A DNA stretch of 64,000 bases from Macrostomum lignano (taxonomy: Eukaryota): the NCBI GenBank assembly GCA_002269645.1, contig NIVC01001532.1:124001-188000 (forward strand), in the 5' to 3' direction. Below are positions 48,986-64,000 of the stretch, piece after piece. The notes below the pieces were generated by a model. That model made no database searches, had not been told where the DNA came from, and saw nothing but the letters and a program-made list of their open reading frames with translations. Position numbers and translations under genes: made by a program. The number at the start of each line of letters is the position of its first letter. Positions within the stretch are counted from its first letter, which is position 1.

Positions 48986-50149
48986 CATCCTTCTTTCCTT
49001 CGTTCCCAATAAAAACATAGATAGAAAATTTGTAAGAAATTTTTTAATGCAACAAAAAGCAACAACACGGTGAAAATATTTAATCAGATTTTAATTAAAC
49101 AAAAAATCGATTTGAAGAGAACAGACATGCGTGAGATCGTGTGTCTGAATTTCGCGAACTGGAGTAAATTATATGCAGCATTTTTTAAATTTTTTCTCTT
49201 TAATTACGATATAAACAACAGGAAAAATGCTGACAAAAGTACAGTTTGAGTCATTTGTTTTAAGTGTAAAGTTCTCGCAAGAATTTAAAATTGAATAAAG
49301 TTAAAAAATTGCACGCCGCACATCTTGGATAAAGCTTTTAAAAAATTTTACAGATTTGCAAATTAAAGCAAGATTTAAAACTTTACTTTATGGTGTGGTT
49401 GTTAAATTAGTGAATAATTTACAGAGGATTTTAAATCTTTAGTTCAATGATAAGGTTTTTTAATTAAAAAATACTTAAAGAACTAGAAGTCAACAAAACG
49501 CAGACAGGGATGCATTATGACAAAGTTTTCCTTGCCTAACGACAATTAATAAAAAAAGTTGAAATTCTTTGATTTTGTTAAACCTTGTGGCGCGAATTTA
49601 AATTTTTGTAATTAACTCCTTGACAAAACTCCTTGACAAAACTTTCTAAAGAAATTCAATTCCGCACAAGTCGTACATGTACTCCACGGACACATGAAAT
49701 AAAACAAATTGGGACTGCGACTGAAAAAATACAGAATTTTTATAATTTCTTTTTGTTTTCCGGACAAAACAATGCATGTACAAGATAAAAAGGGGTAAAA
49801 TTTGGTGATATATACATTTTTTAAAATGTCTTTTTCTACGAAACAAGACGAACTGCACGAGTCTTTTGTATAATTGTATTACATGTAAATCAATATAATA
49901 CAGGTTACATTATAATAAAATAATTAAAATAAACAAATAAAATCCAGGCTTTAATTAAAAAGTAACAAAATCATGAAACACTTTTCCAAACCTTGATGAC
50001 ACACCTAAAAAGTATAAATAGTACATTCCGAAAATCCTAAGAGAACACACGAAGCTATTAATTATCAATTATCAATTAACAATTATAAGTAACTTGTACA
50101 CCACTACTTCAGTAATGTACAACAAAGCTTATGTAGAATTACATACCAA

Positions 50150-50425
50150 CCATCTGCAGATTACACACCAACCATCTGCAGATTACACACCAACCATCTG
50201 CAGATTACACACCAACCATCTGTAGAATTACACACCAACCATCTGCAGATTACACACCAACCATCTGCAGATTACACACCAACCATCTGCAGATTACACA
50301 CCAACCATCTGCAGATTACACACCAACCATCTGCAGATTACACACCAACCATCTGCAGATTACACACCAACCATCTGCAGATTACACACCAACCATCTGT
50401 AGATTACACACCAACCATCTGCAGA
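50150..50425. repeat. 22-bp minisatellite (TACACACCAACCATCTGCAGAT) just after the GPCR stop
   Basis: Tandem units. Confidence 0.95.
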
Positions 50426-50461
50426 GTTGGTTGGCCTCTCAAGCAGGCTTGAACGCACAGT

Positions 50462-51934
50462 TTAACACACCGACTTCTCCGTGGCCATCTTGACCGTCTT
50501 CCTGCTGACCCCGGCCTCCTGGCCAGAAGAGCCTCGGTCCTGGCTGCCTGGTAGGCCAGCATCAACCAGAGCGGCTTTGTTGGTGGCCGCCGCCTTCACA
50601 GCCGCCATTTTGAAGGCCCGCTGATCGCGCAGGTGAATCTCCATCCGGGCGTTGACTGCGTTGGCAGCGGCGGCTGCCACTGCCGCCTGCTCGCGCTTGT
50701 TGGCCCGGTAGCGGCAGTGCACCCTGGCGCCTCTGGCAGCTCCGGGACCTCCGCCAACAAAGACGTTGCCTCCGCCGCCTCCGCCGCCGCCGCCGCATCG
50801 GCAGCGACAACACCGACAGAGAATCTGGCGCAGGGCCCGTCGGAACCGGGCATTCAGGCCGGCATAGATGATCGGATTGTACCAGATGTTGCTCATCGCG
50901 ATCCAGTAGCAGATGCCGTGCAACAGGATTTCGTTCCTCGGCTCCTGGACGCTGCGCCAGTTGCTGCTGATGACGAAGAGGTGCAGCGGGGACCAGCTGA
51001 TGAAGAACAGCACCACGACTAGCAGAAGCATCAGGATGGTGCGCCTCCTGGTGGCTAGACTCACGTTTGAGGCTCCTCCGTGTGCGACAGTGTCGCTGCC
51101 GCCGGCTTCCTCCAGCGCGTGGTTGGAAATCCACAGCGTCTTGATGACCCTGGCGTAAGCTGCGCAGATCAGCAGCAGCGGCAGCAGGTACTGCAAAGCG
51201 AATGCCGTGCAGGTGAACATCAGACGGCGGCTGGCCGAAGACTCACCAGCAATGAAGGCGCACACGGAGTCCATTCTGAAGTCGTACACCCGCCGGCTGG
51301 AGCTGGCGTTCAGCTTGTCGAAACTCTCAACTGTCGGGGACCCGAAGATAAACGTCGGCATGACACTGACGGTGGCGAGAAGGCAGGCGACAGCCCAGGA
51401 GATGCCAGCCATGGTGTACACAGCCAACTTGGTGAGACGCGGCTTCAGCGGCGACACGATCACCCGGTGACGCTCGAAGGCGATGCAGACGAGTACGAAG
51501 GAGGCGGCGCTGGTGCACAGGCTGTTGGTGAAGTAGGCAAGGGCGCAGCCAGCCTTGCCGAGACGCCAGCCGTCGAACTGCGCCAGCGACTTCAGCAGGT
51601 TGATGGGCACGGAGAGGCACGCGAGGAGCATCTGGGCGACCGACAGGTTCAACAGGAAGATGTTCGTAGCGCTGCGCAACTGCGGTTTCCGCTGGATGAC
51701 CAGACAGACCAAGCCGTTGCCGATGATGGAGACCAGCGCCATGGCAACAATCAGAGCGGCTATCAGCTCGCGAACCGGCCCGATTAGAATGGCTAATCGG
51801 CTTCTAAACTCCGAACTGGCCTGGTTCAATCGGTTCAAGTAGTCGGTGATGTTGATCGAACCGGATATGTTCGCGCTGCTCAGGTGGCGGAGGAACAGCT
51901 CGGGGTCCAGCCCGCCAGAGGCTTGTGGAGCCAT
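50462..51934 (-). CDS. Intronless rhodopsin-family GPCR, neuropeptide (NPY/RYamide/tachykinin-like) receptor type, about 490 aa
   Basis: Seven TM segments: GN (TM1), TNIFLLNLSVAQ (TM2), WRLGKAGC..AFERH (TM3), WSPLH (TM6), NPIIY (TM7). N-glycosylation sequons in the N-terminus and a CCRCRC tail. First ATG in the ORF is at 51934 (the track start at 52063 is TTG). Confidence 0.92.
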   Translation of the reverse strand: MAPQASGGLDPELFLRHLSSANISGSINITDYLNRLNQASSEFRSRLAILIGPVRELIAALIVAMALVSIIGNGLVCLVIQRKPQLRSATNIFLLNLSVAQMLLACLSVPINLLKSLAQFDGWRLGKAGCALAYFTNSLCTSAASFVLVCIAFERHRVIVSPLKPRLTKLAVYTMAGISWAVACLLATVSVMPTFIFGSPTVESFDKLNASSSRRVYDFRMDSVCAFIAGESSASRRLMFTCTAFALQYLLPLLLICAAYARVIKTLWISNHALEEAGGSDTVAHGGASNVSLATRRRTILMLLLVVVLFFISWSPLHLFVISSNWRSVQEPRNEILLHGICYWIAMSNIWYNPIIYAGLNARFRRALRQILCRCCRCRCGGGGGGGGGNVFVGGGPGAARGARVHCRYRANKREQAAVAAAAANAVNARMEIHLRDQRAFKMAAVKAAATNKAALVDAGLPGSQDRGSSGQEAGVSRKTVKMATEKSVC

Positions 51935-52324
51935 TTTTTCCTGTTTATTTTGAAGGGCTATGAGACAAGGCTTGGCAAAGATTGTGTGCTTATGGCTGTA
52001 GGGGTTTGATGAAGATGGGTTGGGGACTCGTATATATTTGCGGATGTCATCAGGTTTAGCCAATGGGAGTCTTCCAAGCGGCCGGGATTGACACGAAGCG
52101 GGATTCGAGTTTTCTACTGGCTATAATGAAACGCCAACGCTTGATCCTAATATGGGAAGCGTAGTAGCCCCGTGTTTTGGCATGAATCGGATGCTTTTAG
52201 ACTACTTATAGTAATTGGAGAGAGTATGAAACTTTAATGGCTGATTAATAGTGTTCGATTGGGAAATTATTAACAAGGGTAATCCGCTAGGATTATTGGC
52301 TTGGGTTATCAATTAAAGATAATC

Positions 52325-52790
52325 AGCTAGGATTATCGACGGGGATTATCGAGAAGATTATCGACTTGGATTATTGACTAGGATTATCGACTAGGATTAT
52401 CGACTAGGATTATCGATTGAAATTATTGACTAGGATTATCGACTAGGATTATCGACTAGGATTATCGACTAGGATTATCGATTGAGATTATTGACTAGGA
52501 TTGTCGACTAGGATTATCGACTAGGATTATCGATTGAGATTATTGACTAGGATTATCGACTAAGGATTATCGACTAGGATTATCGACTAGGATTATCGAC
52601 TAGGATTATCGACTAGGAGTATCGATTGAGATTTTTGACTAGGATTATCAATTGAGATTATCGATTAGGATTATCGACTGAGATTATCGACTAGGATTAT
52701 CAATTGAGATTATCGACTAGTATTATCGACTAGGATTACGAATAAAATTATCGATTAAGATTATCGACTAAATGTATCAGCTACAATTAT
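52325..52790. repeat. 13-bp minisatellite (GATTATCGACTAG) upstream of the GPCR
   Basis: Tandem units. Confidence 0.92.
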
Positions 52791-53154
52791 CAAGAGTTCA
52801 GTGGATACTATCACCACAGATCTAAAAGCCAAATACATTAATCAGGACAAATCCATATTCATAATCTTTTCAGACAGCAAACTTGGCAACACTCGTCAGC
52901 TATCAATGCAGATTGTTCGTGCGCATTGCTGTAAGCAATATTGCTCTGAGAGAGCCCAGTCATTCGGAACTGGGCAGATTTATTGCTTCCTGTCTCTGCC
53001 GTATGCGGCTGCTCTTTCTGTACAGCCTGCACTGCACCAAAACTTCCCATGCATTGACGTGCAGAGTTCGGAGCACACGAACGAACTGCAGTTGCCCTTC
53101 TTTGTAGCATAATTTATTGCGACTGCGTGTGCTACTGAAGTAAGAAGGCTTTAC

Positions 53155-54262
<1,108 letters not shown>

Positions 54263-55168
54263 AGTTTGCCTCTGTGCAGCCAGCCTATCAGGCCCACCCG
54301 CAGGTCCCCAGCAGCTGGGCCAGCCCTGCTAAAATAGTGCGGAGTCAGAGAGCCTTGCTGCCCCACTGGCTGAGCCCAGCTAATGCAGCCAACCCAGCCG
54401 ATCCGAAAAGCAATTCGATGCATTAAAATGCGCCAAAAATTATAATTCACTTTGTTTTAATGAGCCAATGCAAAAAAAGCAATTCATTCATTTTTCTATT
54501 TTTCACTACGACTAAGTGCTTTCTTCTTTGTTAGAGATCTCTGCAACAGAAAGTACATTTATGAAACATGAATTGCTAATTGACCATTCCGAACTAAAAC
54601 ATCAAGCTATAATACTGATTTCATCAATAAAAACGATCAGAAGAGCAGCATGCATGTTAGTGTGTAATGAGTTGCGGATTGCTCCGATCCAGTGCATCAT
54701 GGCTCATCCTGCTTGCGATCTAAATAAGTAGGGAAACTTATTTTAAGAACCTTGAAGCTCTTAATAAATTTGATGCAGCAGGCTGTTAACGAGATTGAGC
54801 GGCTGTGGGAATCATTGCGGCTCTGTGACTTTGCTTAATGTTTAGCCATAGCTTTACATTTAAATCTTTTCATTCCTTAAATCTATCAGGGCGCCGTTTC
54901 TATCTGCTCTATTCTCTATCTCGCTTGCATATCTCCCTCTCTCTCTCTCTCTCTCTCCCTCTCCCTCTCCCTCTCCCTCTCCCTCTCTCTCTCCCCCTCT
55001 CTCCCTCCCTCTCTCTCTCTCCCTCTCCCTCTCTCTCTCCCTCTCCCTCTCTCTCCCCCTCTCTCCCTCCCTCTCTCTCTCTCTCTCCCTCTCTCTCTCT
55101 CCCCCTCTCTCCCTCTCTCTCTCTCTCCCTCTCTCTCTCTCCCCCTCTCTCACTCTCTCTCCCCTCTT

Positions 55169-55200
<32 letters not shown>

Positions 55201-55379
55201 CCTCTCTCTCTCTCTCTCTCCCTCTCTCACTTCAATCTCTTTTTTCTCTTTCACCCCTTACCCCTCTTTCTCTTCTCCCTGTCCCCTTCTATCTCCCACT
55301 TCCCTGTCTCCCTCCGTCTCCCTATCTCCTCTACTTCTCTCTCTCTCTCTGCCTCTCTCATCCGCTGTGGGCCTCTCCC

Positions 55380-57869
55380 TCAGCTGAGCGAACTGCTGGG
55401 CACACAGTAGGCCCAGTACACAATGTTAAACAAGCCAAACAAGCCCGGATAGAGGAACAAGCAGATGAAGTCCAGCCTCGATGGTGTCAATCTCCAATTA
55501 GACTTCTTCCGTTTGAACAATTTAGCCAATGTCTCCCGAAGAATGGAGTCTTGCTGCAGCAATACCTGTTGTTGCAGTTGCTGCTGCTGCTGTTGTTGTT
55601 GTTGTTGTTGGCGTTGCCGTACCACAGCCCTACTCTCTCTTCAGTCTGACCCGTTCTCGGAACTCGTTCCAAAGGGCCCGGCATTCTTCGGGCATGGCGC
55701 ATAAGTCGCCCATCTCCGTGATGCCGGTCTTCCTCCTGATGTTGTCCATCACTGGGCACTTCAACAGTACGTGCTCCGTGCCTTCCTCCTCGAGGTTGCA
55801 CAGCCGGCACGTTCCACTCTCCCTGGTTCCAATCCGAGCACCATACTCCGCCAGCTCCGCGTGGTGTCCGGTCCTGAACCTGGCAAAATCGCGCCTGGCC
55901 GCTCTGCACCACTTTCCTTCCTTCCGCCAGTCCGGCTGCTTCTTCGCGTAGATTTCCTTCGCCCTCTCATGCTTCCACTCCATCCTGCCTTCCAGGGCTC
56001 TACGAATGTGGTTAGTGGCCGCTTTCCTTGTCCAGAAGACACCTTCCTCGCCTCGTCCCTCTGCCGCCAGCTCATTTCCTTCCACTCCGACATGTCCTGC
56101 CACCCACTTCATCGTCAGGGTTCTTTCAGGCCACTTCGCGATCTTTAGCCAGCAATGCCTCACGTCCTGCCATTCACCCTTCCATCTGTCCTGGAAAGCC
56201 CGGAGCGCTGCTTGACTGTCACTCACGATGGTGGCCGTTTTCCAGTCTGCCGCGTCCAACCAATCGATTGCCATGCGGAGTGCCCTGATCTCGGCTTGCG
56301 TGGACGAGCATCCCTGTCCCGCTGGTCCACGAGCTTCGCCTTGCTTCGTGCTGCCCCGGTAAATGATGAGACCAGCTCCACCTTTACCGTCCTTGCCCAC
56401 CGACCCATCAGTGTACAGGATGTAGTCGGTGTCTCTGTTCGCGATCCAGCTCTCTGCGGTTTCCTTGTTCTCTTTCTCGGTTGCCTGCCGGTTCGTGAGC
56501 TCCTCCAAGGCGACCTTAGTTCTGATTTGAACCCACGGTGGGATTTGCCTGCTCCGCTCTTTCGGCTCCGGCTCCGGTAACGCCAGCCTGGTCCAGTCCT
56601 CGCGACACTTCTGCCTCCAGTTGGGCTTCTTCAGCCTCTTCTGCACGCGCCTATTGGCCATCTCATTCCTAGGCGAGTCCGCTGGTAGCCGTCGGTAGCT
56701 ATCATAGGTCTTCAGCGTCTGGAACTGCAGCCTGCTTTCCAGCGATGGTAGCCCGGCTTCTTGCAGCACCGCTTCCACCGGCGTGCTAGCCAGTACTCCG
56801 GCAATGGCTCTGGCGGCTGCCCGCTGGCACCTCTCCAGCTTCTCCAGGTGTACCTTGGCCAGCCATGGGTACCATGCCGGGGCCGCGTACTCCAGGATCG
56901 GTCTCACTAGCGCCAGGTAGGCCATCCTCGCAATCTCCAAGTTTAGACCTCCCTCCAAGCAACACAGCTTCTTCAGCAGGTGCGTCCTCGCCCTGGCCTT
57001 CGTCGATAGCATCCTCACGTGTTCAGAGAACGTGAGCTTTTGGTCCACCGTGACCCCGAGGTATCGGGGGGCCGAGGTCGTTCTGATGATGTCATCTCCA
57101 ATTCTCAAGTCGAGTCGCATTCCTCGCTCCGCTTGGTTGTTGCTATAGACGCATGACTCGCACTTCTTAGTGTTCAAGGGGAGGTACCAGGCCCTGGTCC
57201 ACTCGTGCACCTTCCGTAGTGCCTCCTGGTGCTGCTGCTGTTGCTGCTGTTGCTGCTGCTGCTGATGCAACTGCGGCAACTGCTGTTGCTGACTTCCCAG
57301 AAGCAGCGGAACATCCCTTGAAGCCGCTCTGGACCTCTTGGCCGCCAGAGCCTGCAGTTGTTTCCTTCGTCTCTCTTTCCTAATGCGCAACAGATTAATG
57401 ACCATGTACTCCAGCAGGGACAGGTAGACGAACACGATGCAACCGATGTGCCAGATCCCCAGCGTGGTCACATAGGACACTCTGGCAGCTTGGACTCCAG
57501 AGCCAGGCTCTGGGTGATCTGAGCCAAGAAGCAGACAGTCGACAAGGACACCCTTGCTGGTGGTGATTTATGATCAATAGCGAACGAGGACCAAGCCGCA
57601 AGGACAATGAAGGTCGACGGTAGATAGTTGTACAGTATGTAGTAGGAGTGCTTCCTCTTTAGCTGGAAGCTGGCGGACAGATAACTGAAGTTCCGCTGCG
57701 TCGCTTCTGAGTAGGCGTTGCCGCTGTCGAATGTCACCACGGGCGCGAAGAACTGGCTCAGCGAGGACGAGTCCTTGATTGACATGCTCTGATCGGCGAA
57801 GTGATCTGACCAGCTCAGAACCTGGTCTCCTGTGTGCATTTCAAATACACTGATGTCCATGTCGCATGC
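55380..57869 (-). pseudogene. Disrupted duplicate of Cys-loop channel exon 2
   Basis: Same acceptor (TTTTCAG|GCA at 57869). GG at 57484-57485 vs GGG at 60066-60068 (frameshift). 1634-bp LINE in the polyQ of the M3-M4 loop. M4 and stop retained at 55380. Confidence 0.8.
55596..57229 (-). mobile_element. 5'-truncated non-LTR retrotransposon with RNase H (I-group, Ingi/Nimb-like)
   Basis: Stop-free ORF: RT C-terminus (LNTKKC..YLGVTVDQKLTFSEH, YLALVRPILEYAAPAW), RNase H (YTDGS, AEIRAL, SDSQAAL, WVAGHVGVEGNE), RFRTGH..CRLC..E..HVLLKCP knuckle. 19-nt 3' UTR, (CAA)n tail, candidate 14-bp TSD CAACAGCAGCAGCA (55582-55595 and 57230-57243). Confidence 0.92.
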
Positions 57870-57904
57870 CTGAAAATGATGGGGTCGAATGTCTGCTGTC
57901 TTAG

Positions 57905-58612
<708 letters not shown>

Positions 58613-59406
58613 AGTTTGCCTCTGTGCAGCCAGCCTATCAGGCCCACCCGCAGGTCCCCAGCAGCTGGGCCAGCCCTGCTAAAATAGTGCGGAGTCAGAG
58701 AGCCTTGCTGCCCCACTGGCTGAGCCCAGCTAATGCAGCCAACCCAGCCGATCCGAAAAGCAATTCGATGCATTAAAATGCGCCAAAAATTATAATTCAC
58801 TTTGTTTTAATGAGCCAATGCAAAAAAAGCAATTCATTCATTTTTCTATTTTTCACTACGACTAAGTGCTTTCTTCTTTGTTAGAGATCTCTGCAACAGA
58901 AAGTACATTTATGAAACATGAATTGCTAATTGACCATTCCGAACTAAAACATCAAGCTATAATACTGATTTCATCAATAAAAACGATCAGAAGAGCAGCA
59001 TGCATGTTAGTGTGTAATGAGTTGCGGATTGCTCCGATCCAGTGCATCATGGCTCATCCTGCTTGCGATCTAAATAAGTAGGGAAACTTATTTTAAGAAC
59101 CTTGAAGCTCTTAATAAATTTGATGCAGCAGGCTGTTAACGAGATTGAGCGGCTGTGGGAATCATTGCGGCTCTGTGACTTTACTTAATGTTTAGCCATT
59201 GCCTTACATTTAAATCTTTTCATTCCTTAAATCTATCAGGGCGCCGTTTCTATCTGCTCTATTCTCTATCTCGCTTGCATATCTCCCTCTCTCTCTCTCT
59301 CTCTCCCTCTCCCTCTCTCTCTCCCCCTCTCTCCCTCCCTCTCTCTCTCTCTCCCTCTCTCTCTCTCCCCCTCTCTCACTCTCTCTCCCCTCTCTCTCTC
59401 CCTCTC

Positions 59407-59437
<31 letters not shown>

Positions 59438-59597
59438 CCCTCTCTCACTTCAATCTCTTTTTTCTCTTTCACCCCTTACCCCTCTTTCTCTTCTCCCTGT
59501 CCCCTTCTATCTCCCACTTCCCTGTCTCCCTCCGTCTCCCTATCTCCTCTACTTCTCTCTCTCTCTCTGCCTCTCTCATCCGCTGTGGGCCTCTCCC

Positions 59598-61813
<2,216 letters not shown>

Positions 61814-62197
61814 TTTTAGCTTTCTTTGGGGCAAAACAGGGACAGAATGAGCCAGATCCACTTTTATACGTGTCTTGAAAACTTGTGAGGTTAATTAACT
61901 GACTTACCTGTGAGGCTTAATAACACAATTATGCTAATTAGTACAGGCATGTCAGGACAGGAAGTACCCGAAATAGGATTTCAGAAATTGCCACTAAAAA
62001 TAAACTTAACTGAGGTGTAATAGAAATACAATTTGTTTGCTGCAAGGTGCCTTACTGTTGAACTGTTTATTTGAATGGTTAATTAACACCTGGACTGTTT
62101 ATTCGACAGTGAATAACTTCCTGTTATGCTGGTCGGGTAGAAGTGACCGAATTAATTTTCATTTCGAAGATTGAGCTGCTCAGACCCTAGTGTGAGG

Positions 62198-62815
62198 AGG
62201 GACTCAGACCCAAGGGACTCAGACCCAAGGGACTCAGACCCAAGGGACTCAGACCCAAGGGACTCAGACCCAAGGGACTCAGACCCCAGGGACTCAGACC
62301 CCAGGGACTCAGACCCCAGGGACTCAGACCCCAGGGACTCAGACCCCAGGGACTCAGACCCCAGGGACTCAGACCCAGGGACTCAGACCCCAGGGACTCA
62401 GACCCCAGGGACTCAGACCCCAGGGACTCAGACCCCAGGGACTCAGACCCCAGGGACTCAGACCCCAGGGACTCAGACCCCAGGGACTCAGACCCCAGGG
62501 ACTCAGACCCCAGGGACTCAGACCCCAGGGACTCAGACCCCAGGGACTCAGACCCCAGGGACTCAGACCCCAGGGACTCAGACCCCAGGGACTCAGACCC
62601 CAGGGACTCAGACCCCAGGGACTCAGACCCCAGGGACTCAGACCCCAGGGACTCAGACCCCAGGGACTCAGACCCCAGGGACTCAGACCCCAGGGACTCA
62701 GACCCCAGGGACTCAGACCCCAGGGACTCAGACCCCAGGGACTCAGACCCCAGGGACTCAGACCCCAGGGACTCAGACCCCACTTAGACCCTTAGTATGA
62801 AGAGGGACTCAGACC
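62198..62815. repeat. 15-bp minisatellite (GACTCAGACCCCAGG)
   Basis: Nearly perfect tandem units. Confidence 0.97.
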
Positions 62816-63209
62816 CCAGTGTGGAGAGGGACTCAAATTGGGGGTGCGAGCAGACTGACCAAAAAGCGAGAAAAAAAATGTCCCAAACTTAGCTGGCGGC
62901 ATTAGCTAATGGGACACTGCAAAGCCAAAGAAAGTCTGGGTCCAACAGTCAAAGAGCATATGCTAGTATAACAAAAGCAGCTTTTAGGAAAGCAGATCCG
63001 ACATCAAAAGGCCGTCTCGATTTCCTGTGATGGTGTGACTAGCTGGCAAAATTAAGGAATAGATGGAGTGCAATTCTAGAACACAAGAAAGACAGCACGG
63101 ATTTCAGTAGGAATTTTCAGCCTTTGCACTATTTTAGACAGTCCTGACTGAGCAAACAGAATCCGGCCTCTATTTATGTACTTCTAGTTTTGCTTCTGTA
63201 ACTGGATCT

Positions 63210-63700
<491 letters not shown>

Positions 63701-64000
63701 TAACTCAATACATGTACATCTAGATGCTACAACCAAGACCATGAGATGTGGTTAGGCAGCTCACAGTTCCCACCTTATCAGACCTCAGCAGCAGCTCAAG
63801 CTGCATCCGCGTCCCCAGCTCTGTTGACAATGTCTTATCTATGCCACCGCAGCGGAGGTCTCCCAACCTTCACCCCGATAAAGCCAGAAATCAAATATAG
63901 GAGCCTTGATTAGCCAAGCAGCGATAAAATACACCGCCCGCCTGCTTTCAGAAGTCCGCAGGTTGAGCACAGCCTGAGATTAGCCCCATCAGCATGCCCC

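Noticed and set aside
50562-51842. Overlapping alternative-frame ORFs on the GPCR (also over SCAP, the LINE and the channel)
   Set aside because: Expected shadows of GC-rich coding sequence; no recognisable motifs.
63720-63912. Stop-free plus-strand frame of about 60 codons after the (TATC)n tract
   Set aside because: No clear splice sites or motif, and it is too close to the window edge to judge.

Overview
Eukaryotic (metazoan) genomic window. About half of it is micro- and minisatellite, and nearly all long ORFs in the track that fall in repeats are artefacts. The repeat-stuffed introns, polyQ tracts and an unusual anion-selective Cys-loop receptor are compatible with a free-living flatworm such as Macrostomum, but the organism is an inference only. 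Genes supported: (1) a complete 9-exon SCAP on + (8490-19763, about 1225 aa, all splice phases close); (2) a PTB/PID-domain exon on - (30248-31075); (3) an intronless neuropeptide-type rhodopsin GPCR on - (50462-51934); (4) a 2-exon Cys-loop chloride-channel subunit on - (59598-61813). The channel's last exon and 3' flank are tandemly duplicated between (TCTG)n arrays; the duplicate has a 1-nt deletion and a 5'-truncated RT/RNase H LINE inserted in frame into its polyQ tract. Mobile elements: a 3.3-kb TIR element with TTA TSD, a 597-bp MITE with an 8-bp TSD, a tRNA-derived CORE (MIR-like) SINE, and three Penelope-like remnants embedded in (CT)n tracts, each with a minimal hammerhead motif (one intact, two decayed). 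One remnant has GIY-YIG upstream of a post-RT-like segment, the permuted Naiad/Chlamys-type order. The most unusual structural signal is intronic minisatellites whose units are copies of an exon end plus splice donor; one forms an array of about 12 potential in-frame 15-nt microexons. No database searches were run. Family calls come from motif recognition, and repeat boundaries are approximate.
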